Below, piece by piece: positions 8,378 through 16,386 of a stretch of DNA of 23,185 nt (the stretch's first letter is position 1; every line of letters starts with the position of its first letter). A program made the translations under genes and the position numbers. The notes below the pieces were generated by a model. It saw only the letters and a list, made by a program, of their open reading frames with translations, was not told the origin of the DNA and ran no database searches. The DNA is from Candidatus Sigynarchaeum calidifontis (GTDB lineage Archaea; Asgardarchaeota; Lokiarchaeia; Sigyniarchaeales; Sigyniarchaeaceae), in NCBI GenBank assembly GCA_030587475.2, contig JAUQYZ020000015.1, forward strand, positions 1-23,185, written 5' to 3'.

Positions 8378-9613
8378 TTACGAGAGCTTCTCGCTCACGT
8401 CGTCGTCGTCCGAGTGGACACGCTTGAGATCGACGTCAGCATCGCCGGGCATCGCGTTGATGAAATTACGAATCGAGCGCTCGACATCTTGACTTTGGGT
8501 GATGTATCGGCCGACGATGATGATGTCCACCTTGTTCTTGGCAGCCTCGTCCATGTTCTCCGGCGTGATGCCGCCCGCGACGGCGCAGAGCACGGGTGGC
8601 TTGACACCCTTGTACATGGCCTTGATCTCGGCGATAACTTGCCATTTATTCATTTTTTCGGTCTTCATGCCCTCCATGTCTATGCCACGATGGATGATGA
8701 TGACCTTCGGAGGGCGTTTTAACGCCTTCAAGACCGCGAGCGGGTCGGCCACGTTCATCATGTCTACGACGCCATAGATTCCCATGCGGTCAGCTTCCAA
8801 CAAGAACTTGTCGAGCGAATCGATTGCAGCGAGCCCGGATGCGACCACTGCATCCGCATCCGCATCAAATGCCATGTCCACCTCGACTTTTCCAACATCC
8901 AGCGTCTTTAAATCAGCGACGATGAATGCATCCTTGGCTTCTTTCCTGAGCTCCTTGACCGCCTCGACGCCGTACTTTTTGATTAGCGGGGTACCCGCCT
9001 CCCAGATGATTCGGTCGGAGCGCGGGGCTGCCTTGATGACGCTGAGCGCGCTGCTCAAGCTGGGGTTGTCGAGGGCGATTTGCAAGTATGGGGGTCTCCA
9101 CAATCTTGGCATCTTGACCGAGGAAACGGGGTGCTTTGCCCTGTCCTTCTCCTCCATGAGCTTCTTGAGCGATGGGTACTTATCGAGAGCTCGCTTGATC
9201 GCGAGACGCGTGGCGGAATAATTGTATTTATAGATTTTCCGCTCGTCCTTGGACTCCGGGTGGATGAACACGCACGCGACAATAACCCACTCATCGAGCT
9301 TGTCCTCCGGGATAAGCCCTTCTTCGACGCTATCTGCGACTGCCTTGGCACACGCGGCTTGCGCGGGACCAAAGATCTTGCTTGCATCGTCAAGACTTTG
9401 GATGGTGACCTTGGGCACGATCACCATGGCGGGTTTTGGCATCAAGTTGGGACGCACGACTGCCAACAGCGGCGTGTGGCCCTTGGACATGTTGACCAGC
9501 GCGGTGGCGAATGCCTGACCAACCGGCCCGCTCTTGTCCCCTATCATGAGATCGATGTGGGCGAGCTCGTTGTCCTTACCCAATAACGCCTCTCCAATGA
9601 GGAATTCCGGCAT
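8378..9613 (-). CDS. fae-hps: Bifunctional formaldehyde-activating enzyme / 3-hexulose-6-phosphate synthase
   Basis: N-terminal Fae (IGEAL...ELAHIDLMIG.K.GPVGQAF, GHTPLLAVVRPNL, FGPAQAA, VFIHP, YNY.AT..AI.RA) fused to HPS (LQIALD, EAGTPLIKKYG, ADLKTLDVG, HRGID, AVAGGI, IVGRYIT). ATG 9613 is preferred over GTG 9634. Confidence 0.95.
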   Translation of the reverse strand: MPEFLIGEALLGKDNELAHIDLMIGDKSGPVGQAFATALVNMSKGHTPLLAVVRPNLMPKPAMVIVPKVTIQSLDDASKIFGPAQAACAKAVADSVEEGLIPEDKLDEWVIVACVFIHPESKDERKIYKYNYSATRLAIKRALDKYPSLKKLMEEKDRAKHPVSSVKMPRLWRPPYLQIALDNPSLSSALSVIKAAPRSDRIIWEAGTPLIKKYGVEAVKELRKEAKDAFIVADLKTLDVGKVEVDMAFDADADAVVASGLAAIDSLDKFLLEADRMGIYGVVDMMNVADPLAVLKALKRPPKVIIIHRGIDMEGMKTEKMNKWQVIAEIKAMYKGVKPPVLCAVAGGITPENMDEAAKNKVDIIIVGRYITQSQDVERSIRNFINAMPGDADVDLKRVHSDDDDVSEKLS

Positions 9614-9838
9614 GAGGGATGCACCGTTCAACACAATGCCGTTGACAAGCGAGAAAAACCAATTCTCGATTCATTCCCCGGCATCATCATGTGAGATAAG
9701 GGACTGCTCTTAAAAAAACATAATCGGCTAAGCTCATCCAGCGCCCCAAATGAAATTTATACCCGGTCTAGATTAGATTTGTATAGATCGACACGGCACG
9801 CGATACCCGCCGTGCCTTGACCAGACACGTGGTCATCG

Positions 9839-10315
9839 ATGCCAAAGGCCAATCCCAAGAAGAGTTCCCGGTATTCGCAATATTATCGTCGTGCCAAGGA
9901 GCGTGCCATTACCGAGGAAGTCAAGGATCGCGCGCCCTTGTATTACGGCCTGGCATTCACGGGGATCATAGTCGGAATCGTCATCGTGGCGTTGGTCTTC
10001 ACGTTACCAGAGGCATTGAAGTTGAAGGCCCAGCGGGGTGACACGGTTGACATTCTCTACATCGGTACATACGTGACGAATAATACTGTCTTCGATAGCG
10101 GCACGATGACAAACCAGGTCATTGGATCGAACTCGCTACTTGCATATTTCGACCAGCAACTCGTCGGCATGGAACCTGGGGTGAAAAAAACATTCGTGAT
10201 CCCGGCTGCCTACGGTTACACGACTCCCGGTCATAAACTCTACGGTTATGACTTACGATTCGAGGTCACGATCACGAAGCTCACGCGAGACGGCACGGTC
10301 CTGTATCCCAAGTAA
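9839..10315 (+). CDS. Membrane-anchored FKBP-type peptidyl-prolyl isomerase
   Basis: Basic N-terminus, one TM helix (LAFTGIIVGIVIVALVF), then GDTVDILYIG...VFDS...LVGMEPG.KKTFVIPAAYGY...HKLYGYDLRFEVTI. Confidence 0.85.
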   Translation: MPKANPKKSSRYSQYYRRAKERAITEEVKDRAPLYYGLAFTGIIVGIVIVALVFTLPEALKLKAQRGDTVDILYIGTYVTNNTVFDSGTMTNQVIGSNSLLAYFDQQLVGMEPGVKKTFVIPAAYGYTTPGHKLYGYDLRFEVTITKLTRDGTVLYPK

Positions 10316-10356
10316 TGATCTTGCTTCTACATTTTGTATAGAAATGAAAAAGGGAT

Positions 10357-11172
10357 CTAGAGCTCGCCCAGCTTCCCGCCATTGAGCTGTAGCACGTTTC
10401 CCGTCATGAAATAGGACTCCTCGGAGCATAACCATAGGATCGCGTCGGCGACGTTCTTCGGCTTGCCGATACCGAGCGGGATGCGTCCTTCGTAATATTT
10501 TTTCCACTTGCCGTCCTCTTTCGTGAGCAAGTCGCCGATGATGGGCGTGTCGATGAGCGTGGGCTGTATCGCGTGCACCTTGATGTTGTACTGGATCAGT
10601 TCCTTGGCGGAGGTCTTCGTGATGCCGAGCACGCCTGCCTTGGACGCGGAATAAGCAATCTGGCCCATGTTCCCGTCCGCGGCCATGGACGAGATGTTCA
10701 CTATACGCTTGTCGGGAAACTCGTTCGGGCTCGGGACGGGCTTGTTCGCCGCCTTGGCTGCCTTGATCTTCTCGAGAGGTACCTTCGTCCACGCTTTCAC
10801 GCAAGCTTGCGTGCACAAGAACACGCCCTTGAGGTTCGTGGCGATGACCGCGTCGAAATCGGCTTCCGTCATCTTGTGGATGAGGGCATCCCTCAAGATG
10901 CCCGCGCAGTTGATCAAGTAATCGATGGTTCCGAACTGGGCGATAACCTTGTCGACACACGCGTCGACGCTATCCTTCTTGCTCACGTCACCGAGGATGG
11001 CGATGCAATCCCCGGTGATTTTCTTCAGCTCCTCGTGCGTGGCATCGAGCATTTTCTGGTTGATGTCAAGGATGGCGACTTTTGCCCCGTGCTGGGCGAA
11101 CTGGATCGCGGTCTCCTTCCCGATACCACTCGCCCCGCCCGTCACGAGTGCTACCTTTCCTTTGAAGTGCAT
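10357..11172 (-). CDS. Short-chain dehydrogenase/reductase, FabG-like 3-oxoacyl reductase
   Basis: TGGASGIG, NCAGILRD, NISS and the catalytic YSASK. It has an insertion of about 25 aa (KVPLEKIKAAKAANKPVPSPNEFPD). Confidence 0.9.
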   Translation of the reverse strand: MHFKGKVALVTGGASGIGKETAIQFAQHGAKVAILDINQKMLDATHEELKKITGDCIAILGDVSKKDSVDACVDKVIAQFGTIDYLINCAGILRDALIHKMTEADFDAVIATNLKGVFLCTQACVKAWTKVPLEKIKAAKAANKPVPSPNEFPDKRIVNISSMAADGNMGQIAYSASKAGVLGITKTSAKELIQYNIKVHAIQPTLIDTPIIGDLLTKEDGKWKKYYEGRIPLGIGKPKNVADAILWLCSEESYFMTGNVLQLNGGKLGEL

Positions 11173-11281
11173 GGTTTCTCACGTGGCGTTGTTGATTGCG
11201 AACAACCATTGCGTGCTTGTATAAATCGTTTGCCCGGCCCTGATGAGTGGGAAGAACGATGTCGGGATGGATGAATGGTGA

Positions 11282-12136
11282 TCATCCCAGCACGGCGAGG
11301 TACTGTCGTTTCAACTCGCCTTCGGCGAACATCGTGTCCGCGGCGCATTGTTTCGCCGGCGAGCCGTTAAAAAAACTGCTGTTCATTTCAGGTTGTTTCA
11401 CGAGTGGCCAGTTCTGGTAGGCCATGTTGTTGTCGCCCAACTGGGAGTCGCGATCGATCACGACGCCCGGCCCAACGATCGAGTTGATCCCGACGACCGC
11501 CCTTTCCTTGATCCAGATCTTCTCGATGACGAGCCGCCCGTAGAGGGATTCCACGACGTGGGTGCTCAGCGAGCTGCCAGCTTCGAGGACGACGTCGTCA
11601 CGAATGTGTGCGAATTCGAGCGCGGGGAAGCAATTCTCGTAGATCACGCGCTTGCCAATCTCATTATGGCCATAATATCTCAGCAGCCGGATCATGAGGC
11701 CAGGAAAAGGCGATTTCTGGGAGATCCAGAGCGAATACTTGATGATAGCCCCGCGCATGTGGTAATAATGGAGCATCTTGTAGTCCGGGTGGTTCTTGTC
11801 CTTGAACTGCCGCTTCAAGACCTTCGTTATCGCCGGCGATTTCTTATCGTAGTAACGCAGGTAGCCGTGGGTAACAAGCACGGTGCAGCCCAGGTAAACG
11901 AAGTAGAGCGCCCAGAAAATGACCGGCGCGGCGACGATCCATGCGAGCAAGAATAATGGCGACGGGGGAGTCATTTGGATAAGAACGATGATCCCCCATA
12001 CGAGAATCGTGTCGACAACGAGCCCCGTGAGTATGATGACGAGCATGGCCGACACCAGGTCGATGAACGGTAACTTGACCCCTACTTGCTCGTCCGTGGG
12101 GCTTTTCAGCGCGGTTTTCTCCTTCTCCTTGCTCAT
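11282..12136 (-). CDS. Membrane-anchored left-handed beta-helix (hexapeptide-repeat) acyltransferase-like protein
   Basis: Two N-terminal TM segments, then IGKRVIY..IRDDVVLEAGSSLSTH...IWIKERAVVGINSIVGPGVVIDRDSQLGDNN...FNGSPAK. Confidence 0.75.
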   Translation of the reverse strand: MSKEKEKTALKSPTDEQVGVKLPFIDLVSAMLVIILTGLVVDTILVWGIIVLIQMTPPSPLFLLAWIVAAPVIFWALYFVYLGCTVLVTHGYLRYYDKKSPAITKVLKRQFKDKNHPDYKMLHYYHMRGAIIKYSLWISQKSPFPGLMIRLLRYYGHNEIGKRVIYENCFPALEFAHIRDDVVLEAGSSLSTHVVESLYGRLVIEKIWIKERAVVGINSIVGPGVVIDRDSQLGDNNMAYQNWPLVKQPEMNSSFFNGSPAKQCAADTMFAEGELKRQYLAVLG

Positions 12137-12205
12137 GGTCTTGGGCCTGCCTGGTTGAATACTCGAGGAACCGCTTGTTATTATGTTGAGCTAGTCGATA
12201 CTGTT

Positions 12206-12955
12206 TCATGTTTGGGGGCCCGGCATCGCGTGCCCGTGCGACTCGCGCCACGACTTGACGCGTTCCCTCATCGCGGGCGACAAGCGTTCGTAGTATCCGG
12301 GTTTCAAGCGATAATCGTAATACCTGCCTTCGGGGGGCTCTTGCTTGAACTCCTTCGGCACGGGCAAGAGGTCCATGATGGCAACAACCACCAGGACAGC
12401 AATGCCGGCCACGTACAAGAAGACATCGGATATATACATGGACGCGAACCACGCGAGCAGACCCGCGGCGATGGCCGCCGCCACCATCTGGATCTTGAAG
12501 AAAATCGTGGTGCGGAATCTCGCCGCCCAGTATAAGCCGTGGTAGCCATCGGTCTTCGACGAGAATAAGTTAATAAATCTGCGACCCCACGGCGCGCCCC
12601 AGTTCATGCCATCACCGCAAGAGATCGAGTCGAACACGAGGTGCGAATAGACACCCAGCGTGATAGCGAGGAAATGCATGGGATAAAAGCCGGCGAGCCA
12701 CGCAATGATCGAGATGGCCACGAGCGGCAAGTAAAACACGGGCCAATGGGTGGGGTACATGAGGTGGTGCTGGAACTCCATGCCGGATTTCTTCCCGAGA
12801 TGGCTTAACTTCCAGAATAAACCGTCGATATCTGGTAACATGCCCGCCAATATGGCGAGAACACTGGCGCCACCCCCGGGCACCGTGCCGAGCAAGAAGA
12901 ACGAGACCGCGGAGAATATCAAGAATGAATACGATGCATGCGAGGTGCCGTTCAT
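12206..12955 (-). CDS. YdjM-like (DUF457) membrane-associated metal-dependent hydrolase
   Basis: M.G.SH at the N-terminus, GMLPDID, HH..YPTHW and SHLVFD...GM.W..P, with interspersed TM helices. ATG 12955 is preferred; 12979 is the alternative. Confidence 0.8.
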   Translation of the reverse strand: MNGTSHASYSFLIFSAVSFFLLGTVPGGGASVLAILAGMLPDIDGLFWKLSHLGKKSGMEFQHHLMYPTHWPVFYLPLVAISIIAWLAGFYPMHFLAITLGVYSHLVFDSISCGDGMNWGAPWGRRFINLFSSKTDGYHGLYWAARFRTTIFFKIQMVAAAIAAGLLAWFASMYISDVFLYVAGIAVLVVVAIMDLLPVPKEFKQEPPEGRYYDYRLKPGYYERLSPAMRERVKSWRESHGHAMPGPQT

Positions 12956-13008
12956 GAATACAAACCATAAGGAGGGCATTTAATGTTTCACCCTTTTTTT
13001 AACATGTT

Positions 13009-14223
13009 ATGGAACATCCCCGGAATAATCAGGCCGGCACGTGGCCCCCGCCGGGGTTCCACGTCATGATCAAGCCCGCGGGCGCGTCGTGCAACCTGGC
13101 GTGCCAGTATTGCTTCTACCTTCCCAAGAAGGCGCTCTACCCCGGCAAGCAGACGCGCATGGACGATGCGGTCCTCGAGGCATTCACGCGGCAATACATC
13201 GAGGCGCAAGCCGTGCCAGAAGTCACGTTCGGGTGGCAAGGCGGTGAGCCCCTGCTCATGGGGCTCGATTTCTTCAAGAAAGCTATATTCTTTCAGCAAA
13301 AGTACAAGAGGCCGGGGATCAAGGTCTCGAACACGATGCAAACGAACGGCACCTTGCTCGACGACGCGTGGGGCAGGTTCCTTCACGATAACGGGTTCCT
13401 CGTCGGCATCAGCATCGACGGGCCACCGGCGATCCACGACATGTACCGCAAGGACAGGGCCGGCAATCCCTCGTTCAAGCGGGTGCGGCAAGGGGTGAAC
13501 GTGCTCAAGCGTCACCACGTCGACTTCAACGTGCTATGCTGCGTCCACGCGGGCAATGAACACCATCCAGTAGAGGTATACACGTATCTCCGCGACGCGA
13601 TCAAGGCGCAATTCGTCCAATTCATCCCAGTGGTCGAGCGGGAAGGCCAAGGCGTCTCGAAGCGCTCGGTATCGGGCCAGGGTTGGGGGTCGTTCTTGAT
13701 CGGCGTGTTTAACGAGTGGGTGCGGCACGACGTGGGGCGCGTGTTCGTGCAGACGTTCGACGCGGCGCTCGCGTCGTGGATGCACGTGCCCCCGGCCGTG
13801 TGCGTGTACGCGGAAACCTGCGGAGCGGCACTCGCGCTAGAGCATAACGGGGACATGTATGCCTGCGACCATTATGTCGATCCGGCTCACTTTCTCGGGA
13901 ATATAATGGTGGATGGCTTGAAAAAAAGCATTGCTTCGGCAGTGCAAGAGCGCTTCGGCCTCGACAAGCGTGACAAGCTTCCACGCCAATGCATCGAATG
14001 CGATTACCTGTTCGCGTGCAACGGGGAGTGCCCCCGGAATCGCATCAAAAAGGAGGCTGGCTCGGGCAATCCCGTGAATCACTTGTGCGAGGGATACAAG
14101 GCATTCTTCGCCCACGTGGATCCCTACATGCGGTTCATGGCCTGGGAAGTAGCGAACGCGCGTCCAGCGGCAAATGTCATGGCACGCGTCGCCAAGGGCG
14201 GGTCGATGGCCGTGGAAAAGTGA
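13009..14223 (+). CDS. Anaerobic sulfatase-maturating radical SAM/SPASM enzyme (anSME/AslB/ChuR family)
   Basis: KP.G..CNLACQYCFY, WQGGEP, QTNGTLL, GISIDGP and QFIPVVE. SPASM cysteines appear in CVYAETC, YACDHY, CIEC..LFACNGECP and HLC. Confidence 0.92.
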   Translation: MEHPRNNQAGTWPPPGFHVMIKPAGASCNLACQYCFYLPKKALYPGKQTRMDDAVLEAFTRQYIEAQAVPEVTFGWQGGEPLLMGLDFFKKAIFFQQKYKRPGIKVSNTMQTNGTLLDDAWGRFLHDNGFLVGISIDGPPAIHDMYRKDRAGNPSFKRVRQGVNVLKRHHVDFNVLCCVHAGNEHHPVEVYTYLRDAIKAQFVQFIPVVEREGQGVSKRSVSGQGWGSFLIGVFNEWVRHDVGRVFVQTFDAALASWMHVPPAVCVYAETCGAALALEHNGDMYACDHYVDPAHFLGNIMVDGLKKSIASAVQERFGLDKRDKLPRQCIECDYLFACNGECPRNRIKKEAGSGNPVNHLCEGYKAFFAHVDPYMRFMAWEVANARPAANVMARVAKGGSMAVEK

Positions 14224-14282
14224 TAAAGTACCTCGATGAAATGATAGCATTGACGAGTATTCGCCCATCAACGATGACGATC

Positions 14283-15344
14283 ATGGAGGAAAAAGAGAAA
14301 AAGGGCGGCGAGTTACTCCGATACGCCCGTTTATTCGGTTGATCATGCAAGCTGCCGGAGGACGACCTCAAGGACGTTCTAGGCAAGACCAACATCTACG
14401 CATCCACGGAAAACGGCCATTCCGGATATGGTGATGATGCATCCGTGATCCCTATAAATGACCAACAATATCTCGTGCAGAATATCGACGTGTTCACGCC
14501 CATCGTCGACGATCCAGAGACGCAAGGCCGCATCACCGCTTGCAACGTGACTAACGATTTGTTCGCGTGCGGCGTGCTCGATGTCACGAGCTTCTTGTCG
14601 TTCATCGCCACGCCGGCCGAGGTACCCCGCTGGGCGCTGGCCGGGATCTTGAACGGCATGCAAGCATTCATCAAGGATTTCGGCGTGAAAATCACCAAGG
14701 GACAGACCGTCCAAAATCCATGGCTCCTCGTCGGTGGCTCTGCATCGGGTATCGTGGAGAAGGATCAGCTAGTCTCTCATTCTGGAGTGAAGCCAGGCGA
14801 CGTGCTCGTTCTCACCAAGCCCCTTGGCGTGCAATCCGTTATGGCCATGTCAAGGATCATCAAGAACCCGGACATGATCGGCGATGTCACCGCGATAATG
14901 CCCGAGAGCGAGGTACAGCAAGCGATCGACAAAGCCATCGCTCTCATGACCACGAGCAATCGGCCCGTCGTGGAGGCGACCAGGGCCCTCGCAACGAGCA
15001 GCACGAACGGGTTCAAGGTCCACGCTATGACCGACGTGACGGGCTTCGGCATCGTCGGACACGCTAGCCACCTTGCAAAAGCCAGCGGGGTCGATATTGA
15101 TATCACTCGCGTCCCCGTCGTGAAACATGCGGTTTCCTTGTCGAAGCTCTTCGGTTTTCCTCTGCAGGAGGGCAGGGCAGCCGAAACTGCCGGGGGCATG
15201 CTCGTTGCCGTGGCGAAATCGGACGAGCGACGGTTCCTGGACGCGCTGCACGATAGGGGAATTGCCGGTCATGTCGTCGGCCGGGCCAAGGCCGGCTCCG
15301 GGGTGGCATCACTTTCCGGTGCAGCCGAATACGTGGATGTGTAA
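14283..15344 (+). CDS. selD: Selenide, water dikinase (selenophosphate synthetase), a selenoprotein with UGA-Sec at codon 20
   Basis: ORFs 13989..14342 and 14445..15344 share a frame and are separated only by TGA 14340-14342. Read-through gives MEEKEKKGGELLRYARLFG-U-SCKLPEDDL...GDDASV..VQNIDVFTPIVDDP..G.I.ACN..ND...LTKPLG...AMTDVTGFGIVGH...ETAGGML (353 aa). Alternative ATG at 14274. Confidence 0.95.
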
Positions 15345-15346
15345 TC

Positions 15347-15419
15347 TCACGGGTTGATGAAAGGTCGAGCAAACCGCCGGTCGACCTGGAGATGCCTGCC
15401 GAGCAACGGCAGCCCGTGA
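15347..15419 (+). promoter_or_regulatory. SECIS element in the selD 3' UTR (eukaryote/Lokiarchaeota-like AUGA-GA kink-turn type)
   Basis: Helix I is TCACGGG(15347-53)/CCCGTGA(15413-19). The core AUGAA(15357-61)/GGAG(15388-91) gives tandem G.A/A.G pairs. Helix II is AGGTCGA(15362-68)/TCGACCT(15381-87), with apical unpaired AAA (15371-73). It starts 3 nt after the selD stop. Confidence 0.8.
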
Positions 15420-15477
15420 ATGTACCCTTTCCTACAACTTTTTGTGGAACCGAAGCTATCCCTCGCGCGTGATATAG

Positions 15478-16293
15478 TTGGATCTCGTCGATTTGCACGT
15501 GCACACGTATCGCTGCCACCACGCGAGGGGCACTGCCGAGGACATGGTCAAGTCAGCAATCCAAAAGGGCTTGAAAGCCATCGGCATCAACGACCACTTC
15601 CCGATGCGATACTTGCCAGCCCCCATTCCCGTACAAGATTATGCGATGGAGTTATCCGAGGTTCCCGATCATCTCAAGGAACTGAAACAGTTAAAAGAGA
15701 CTTACAACGGCAAGATCGATGTCCTCATCGGGTTCGAGATCGATTTCTACCAGCCGGCCATCGATGCCATCAAGCGAAGCATCGAACCGTTCGTGGACGA
15801 TTTCGATTATGTTTACGGGTCCGTGCACGTGGTTCGCGGTTTTCCCGTCGATGACGAGAAGTTCTTGCGCAAGTGGGACGGGCAAGACGTCGATGCCGTC
15901 TTCGCCGAGTATTACCAGGCGCTGGCCAGCATGGCGAGCACCCGGTTGTTCGACGTCGTCGGGCATTTCGACCTGCCCAAGAAATACAAGAAGATCCCGG
16001 TGGGGAATCTGGACGCGCAAATCACCACCGCGCTGGATGCCATCCGTTCCGCTGGCATGGCCATGGAAATCAACACGGCTGGCCTCAGGAAGCCCATCGG
16101 CGAGATTTATCCATCCCGGCACATCCTGGAAATGGCCATCAAGGAGTCGATCCCGGTCACGTTGGGGTCTGACGCGCACGATCCCGCCGAGGTCGGACAT
16201 GAATTTAGCAAGGCAGTCGCTCTTGCAAGACAAGTTGGCTTTTCATCCATCGTTTCCTTCAAGAAACGGCACCCGATCACGATTCCTTTGTGA
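15478..16293 (+). CDS. hisJ: Histidinol-phosphatase, HisJ/HisK PHP family
   Basis: DLHVHT..CHHA.G, NDHFP, GFEIDF, GSVH, GHFDLPKKY, EINTAGLRKP..EIYPS and GSDAH.P..VG. TTG start. Confidence 0.85.
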   Translation: MDLVDLHVHTYRCHHARGTAEDMVKSAIQKGLKAIGINDHFPMRYLPAPIPVQDYAMELSEVPDHLKELKQLKETYNGKIDVLIGFEIDFYQPAIDAIKRSIEPFVDDFDYVYGSVHVVRGFPVDDEKFLRKWDGQDVDAVFAEYYQALASMASTRLFDVVGHFDLPKKYKKIPVGNLDAQITTALDAIRSAGMAMEINTAGLRKPIGEIYPSRHILEMAIKESIPVTLGSDAHDPAEVGHEFSKAVALARQVGFSSIVSFKKRHPITIPL

Positions 16294-16386
16294 GCTGGTT
16301 ATTTATCTTGAATGGGCAACTATAAGACTATAAATATACTATTTTGGTTTGGCGGACAAACCAAAATCGAAAACAACTGATCGGAC

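Noticed and set aside
14343-14370. A possible bacterial-type SECIS right after the Sec codon (GAGG-ACGA-CCTC)
   Set aside because: The 4-bp stem is too weak to distinguish from chance, and the 3'-UTR element is much stronger.
14445-15344. The 299-aa GTG-start selD, or a selD pseudogene
   Set aside because: That start omits the catalytic U-x-x-K motif. The intact upstream frame plus the SECIS favours recoding.
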